DNA of 40,306 nucleotides from Candidatus Limnocylindrales bacterium (GTDB lineage Bacteria; Chloroflexota; Limnocylindria; Limnocylindrales; CSP1-4): NCBI GenBank assembly GCA_038250445.1, contig JBBSCI010000003.1, positions 1 to 40,306 of the forward strand, read 5' to 3'. Shown piece by piece: positions 37,137 to 40,306 of this stretch (position 1 is its first letter; each line of letters starts with the position of its first letter). The notes under the pieces were generated by a model. It saw only the letters and a program-made list of their open reading frames with translations, ran no database searches and was not told where the DNA came from. The position numbers and the translations under genes were made by a program.

Positions 37137-37192
37137 GATTGTGAGCAGGGGATGGAGACGCCGCGGAGGTCCTGCGTAGACGCAGATGGAGG
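37137..37192 (-). promoter_or_regulatory. Phased direct repeats (OmpR-type operator) and -10 for the TCS operon
   Basis: + strand ATGGAGA (37152), GCGGAGG (37163), GCGTAGA (37174), ATGGAGG (37186), 11-12 bp period; CACAAT on minus strand at 37137-37142. Confidence 0.5.
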
Positions 37193-37329
37193 ATGATCGG
37201 CGGCGTGGGATATCGAGCCGGAGCCGGTCGCGGCGTGCTCGTCACGCTGCTCGCCGTCACCACCAGTAGGGCCGCCCGATTACCTCCCGCGATGAGTCCC
37301 GGATAAGGCGTGGCTGCTAGCCTTGGCCG

Positions 37330-39360
37330 GTGCCCACCCTCGCACCGCCGGCGCGGCTCCTCGACGGCCTGAACGACGCCCAGCGCGAGGCGGTCCTTGC
37401 GGTCGAGGGGCCGGTCGCGATCATCGCCGGCGCAGGGACCGGCAAGACGCGCGTGATCAGCCGGCGAACGGCGTTCGCGATCGCCTCGGGCGCCGTCCCG
37501 GCAGAGCAGGTGCTCGTCGTCACGTTCACCGACAAGGCCGCCAACGAGATGATGGATCGCCTCCGGTCGCTCGGGCTGCCGGGCGTTACCGCCCGGACGT
37601 TCCACGCTCACGCACTCAGCCAGCTCCGGCATTTCTGGCCGCTCCACCACGACGGCGCTCCGCTCCCGCAGATCCTCGATTCGAAGCTGCCGATCCTCTC
37701 GAGGATCGCCCGCGGCCTGCCCGGCCACTACCGGTTCACGCCCGCCAAGGACCTCGCGGATGAGATCGAATGGGCGAAGAGCCGGCGGATCGACGCCCGC
37801 GGGTACGAGGCGGCCGCCTCGGCGGCGGGTCGCGAGCCGCCGCTGCCGGACGACCTCTTCGTCCGCGCCTTCGCCGACTATGAGCGGGCGAAGGCACGCG
37901 CCGGCCGGCTCGATTTCGACGACATGCTGATCGGGGCCGTGGAACTCCTCGAGGGCGACGCGGAGGCGGCGGACATCGTGCGGGCTCGCAAGCGATGGTT
38001 CAGCGTCGACGAATACCAGGACACGAACTCCCTCCAGGAGCGGCTTCTCGAGCTGTGGACCGCCGACCGGCCCGACGTCTGCGTCGTCGGCGACGAGGAC
38101 CAGACGATCTATACGTTCACCGGGGCCTCTTCGGCGTACCTGACGACGTTCGCGGAACGACACGACGGCGCGAGGGTGATCGCCCTGACGGAGAACTACC
38201 GCTCGAGCCCCGAGGTCCTGGAACTGGCGAATCGGCTGATCGCGCGGAGCGGCCGGACGAAACGGCTGACCGCGACCCGGCCGCCCGGGCCGCGACCAAC
38301 GATCAGCCGCCACGTCACGGCGGAGGCGGAGGTGGCGGCGCTGGCAGTCGGAATCCGCGGCCTCATCGACGCCGGGACCGCTCCATCCGAGATCGCGGTG
38401 CTCGTCCGGATGAACGCCCAGCTGGCGCCGATCGAGGCGGCACTCACCCGGGCCGAGATCGGGTATCGCGTTCGCGGCCTGGGCTTCTATCGCCGGCCGG
38501 ATGTCCGAGCCGCGATCGAGCTGGTCCGTCGCGCCAAGGGTGCGGCCGGCGAGGCGCTGGCCTCGGGGATCCGGGCGCTCTGGGCGAAGGACCTCGGCTA
38601 CGAGGAGAGCGCCACGCCTGCGGGCGGCGAGGCACGGGAGCGAGCGGCGGCGCTGGACACCCTGGGCGCCATCATCGCGGACATCGTCAGCGCGGATACG
38701 GCAACGGACCAGGACGCCCTCGTCGCGGAGCTGGGGCGGCGCGCCACGGCCGAGGGGTCGACGACGGCCGACGGCGTCGAGCTCGTCACGTACCACCGGG
38801 CCAAGGGGCTCGAATGGGACGCGGTCTTCCTGCCGATGCTCGAGGAGGGGTCGCTGCCGATCCGCCAGGCGTTCGATGACGACGCCGCGCTCGAGGAGGA
38901 GCGACGGCTGCTCTACGTCGGGATCACCCGGGCGCGGGTCCACCTCGTCCTGTCGTGGGCCGAGCAGCGCGAGACCCGTGGCCGGGAGTCGCGCCGACGA
39001 CCGAGTCGCTTCCTCGACGGGCTGATCCCGCGTCAGGGTGGGGGAGCGGGGAGTGCCGTCCGGACCCCTTCGCGGCGATCCACCGAGACTCGGACGGTCC
39101 AGCTCCCGGATGGATTTGCTCCGCCGGTGCCACGCGACGGCGAGACGCCACTCCTCGGTGCGCTGAGGACATGGCGATCGCAACGCGCGCGAACGGACGG
39201 TGTCCCTGCCTACGTCGTCGCCTGGGAGACGACCCGCTACGCCATCGACGAGGCTCTGCCCACATCGGTCGCTGGGCTGCGGCGGATCAAGGGCATGGGT
39301 CCGGCCAAGCTCGAGCGCTACGGAGCCGGGATCCTCGAGGTGGTCCTCGCTTCGGCTTAA
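37330..39360 (+). CDS. uvrD2: UvrD2-like ATP-dependent DNA helicase with C-terminal HRDC domain
   Basis: AGAGTGKT, VTFTDKAA, VDEYQD, VGDEDQTIY, NYRS, HRAKGLEWDAVF, EERRLLYVGITRAR; HRDC 'LRTWR...VPAYVV...IKGMGPAKLERYG'. Confidence 0.93.
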   Translation: MPTLAPPARLLDGLNDAQREAVLAVEGPVAIIAGAGTGKTRVISRRTAFAIASGAVPAEQVLVVTFTDKAANEMMDRLRSLGLPGVTARTFHAHALSQLRHFWPLHHDGAPLPQILDSKLPILSRIARGLPGHYRFTPAKDLADEIEWAKSRRIDARGYEAAASAAGREPPLPDDLFVRAFADYERAKARAGRLDFDDMLIGAVELLEGDAEAADIVRARKRWFSVDEYQDTNSLQERLLELWTADRPDVCVVGDEDQTIYTFTGASSAYLTTFAERHDGARVIALTENYRSSPEVLELANRLIARSGRTKRLTATRPPGPRPTISRHVTAEAEVAALAVGIRGLIDAGTAPSEIAVLVRMNAQLAPIEAALTRAEIGYRVRGLGFYRRPDVRAAIELVRRAKGAAGEALASGIRALWAKDLGYEESATPAGGEARERAAALDTLGAIIADIVSADTATDQDALVAELGRRATAEGSTTADGVELVTYHRAKGLEWDAVFLPMLEEGSLPIRQAFDDDAALEEERRLLYVGITRARVHLVLSWAEQRETRGRESRRRPSRFLDGLIPRQGGGAGSAVRTPSRRSTETRTVQLPDGFAPPVPRDGETPLLGALRTWRSQRARTDGVPAYVVAWETTRYAIDEALPTSVAGLRRIKGMGPAKLERYGAGILEVVLASA

Positions 39361-39717
39361 CTGCCAGACGGGCGCGGAGCCGCATCGTCGGTTGCGGGCG
39401 GGTGGCGACAGAGGTCCGTCTCGGGTCGTATGTCCTTTGGACCCCGTTCGGCTGGTCATTCCGGGGGATGCAGGCACTGGACAGGCCGGGCATACTTCCG
39501 GCAATCGGGGTTTCCGCCACCCAGAAGGCCGAAAACCAGAGACGTCGCACCGGCAGTCAACCAGACCCGCCTCCACCGGGTCGTCCTCCGGCCGCTCACC
39601 GGCTTGAGTTGCCCAGCTCGTGGAAAGCCCCGTCCCGTCCCAGCGTCTGCCGGCTCGACCCATCCACCGTCGCTCGTGCTTCCTGCACGGCGTTCCGGCA
39701 GAGAGGAGGCACGAGAA

Positions 39718-40306
39718 TTGCTCGGTCCAACAAGCGGCGCCCAGCGGGCGTCTGGTCGTCATCTACACCTGAGCACGCGATCGCGGTCGCTCGTGGGGTC
39801 CCTCGTTGCGGCCTCGCTGCTGGCCTCGCTGATCGCAGCTCCGGCGGCCGCCAGTACCAGTTCAACTGTCAGGATTCCGGCGGTCAGGTCGGTCACAACT
39901 TCGGCCGTCGCCCGCTACTGGCTCCCTGAGGAGCAGTACTACCTGTCGCTGGTGAACTGCACCCGCACCGGCGGTTGGGTCCTCAACAACGGCACGTGTC
40001 GCGGCTACGGCAGCGGGCGCTACAGCGCCTACGTGGCTTCGCTCCGCCTCTCCCCGGGGATCTCGGATCGTGTAACCCGTCCCTATGCGCGATACCTCGC
40101 GACCAAAAACGCGTGCAGCCACTTCCTCAACGGGGACCCGGGCGACCGGCTTCGCCGCGCGGGCTACGACGCCTGGAACTGGGGCGAGAACATCGGCTGC
40201 CGAAGCGGCTACCGCACGACGGGGCCGGCCGTCCTGGCCTCGCACCTCAACTTCCAATCGGAGAAGTCGGCGAACGGCGGCCACTGGCGGAACATCAAGA
40301 ACGCCA
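39718..40306 (+). CDS. Secreted CAP (SCP/PR-1) domain protein, truncated by right edge
   Basis: Not in the ORF track. TTG 39718 with AGAGGAGG RBS; signal-like 'SLVGSLVAASLLASLIAAPAAA'; 'YLSLVNCTR...SHF...DRLRRAGY...WGENIG...GHWRNI' CAP motifs. Confidence 0.8.
   Translation, partial: MLGPTSGAQRASGRHLHLSTRSRSLVGSLVAASLLASLIAAPAAASTSSTVRIPAVRSVTTSAVARYWLPEEQYYLSLVNCTRTGGWVLNNGTCRGYGSGRYSAYVASLRLSPGISDRVTRPYARYLATKNACSHFLNGDPGDRLRRAGYDAWNWGENIGCRSGYRTTGPAVLASHLNFQSEKSANGGHWRNIKNA

Noticed and set aside
39215-39262. Atypical residues in the UvrD2 HRDC domain (WETTRYAIDEAL)
   Set aside because: The frame is intact; divergence or base-call errors cannot be distinguished from the sequence alone.
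37123-39762. 879-aa minus-strand ORF and the many other long overlapping ORFs in the track
   Set aside because: Antisense or off-frame shadows of real genes, expected in high-GC DNA; Arg/Pro-rich with no motifs.
39862-40284. 140-aa minus-strand ORF
   Set aside because: Antisense to the CAP-domain gene, which has an RBS, signal peptide and family motifs.
1-40306. tRNA, rRNA, transposase or integrase genes
   Set aside because: None recognised on either strand; no att sites or obvious compositional boundary around the CIS.

Overview
High-GC bacterial DNA (gene style suggests a Chloroflexota/Actinomycetota-type soil organism; this is inference). The left ~20 kb is a contractile injection system (CIS/eCIS) locus of the Streptomyces-like type, truncated at the left edge. 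It has a minus-strand structural operon (sheath, tube, tail-chaperone-like protein, DUF6760, a disordered protein in the tape-measure slot, second tube, LysM tube initiator, start of VgrG) and divergent DUF4255 + AAA ATPase genes. These are followed by a stand-alone DUF4157 gene, a candidate effector with two annexin repeats fused to an M35-like metalloprotease, an orphan LuxR regulator, and a five-gene run of membrane-anchored/secreted proteins that may form an envelope docking module. Features not in the ORF track include a GGGGGAA slippery site that would fuse the chaperone to DUF6760 by -1 frameshift, a TGCCC-N4-GGGCA palindrome upstream of all three CIS promoter regions, recurrent (V/I/L)QR peptide motifs in putative cargo proteins, and a three-unit palindromic repeat array. 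The right ~20 kb is mostly ordinary: NDH-2, tryptophan 2,3-dioxygenase, Zn-ADH, a ~1940-aa multidomain S8 protease, cupredoxin, DUF2330, M14 carboxypeptidase, MFS transporter, a two-component system, UvrD2 and a partial CAP-domain gene. All family calls are by eye from motifs; no searches were run.
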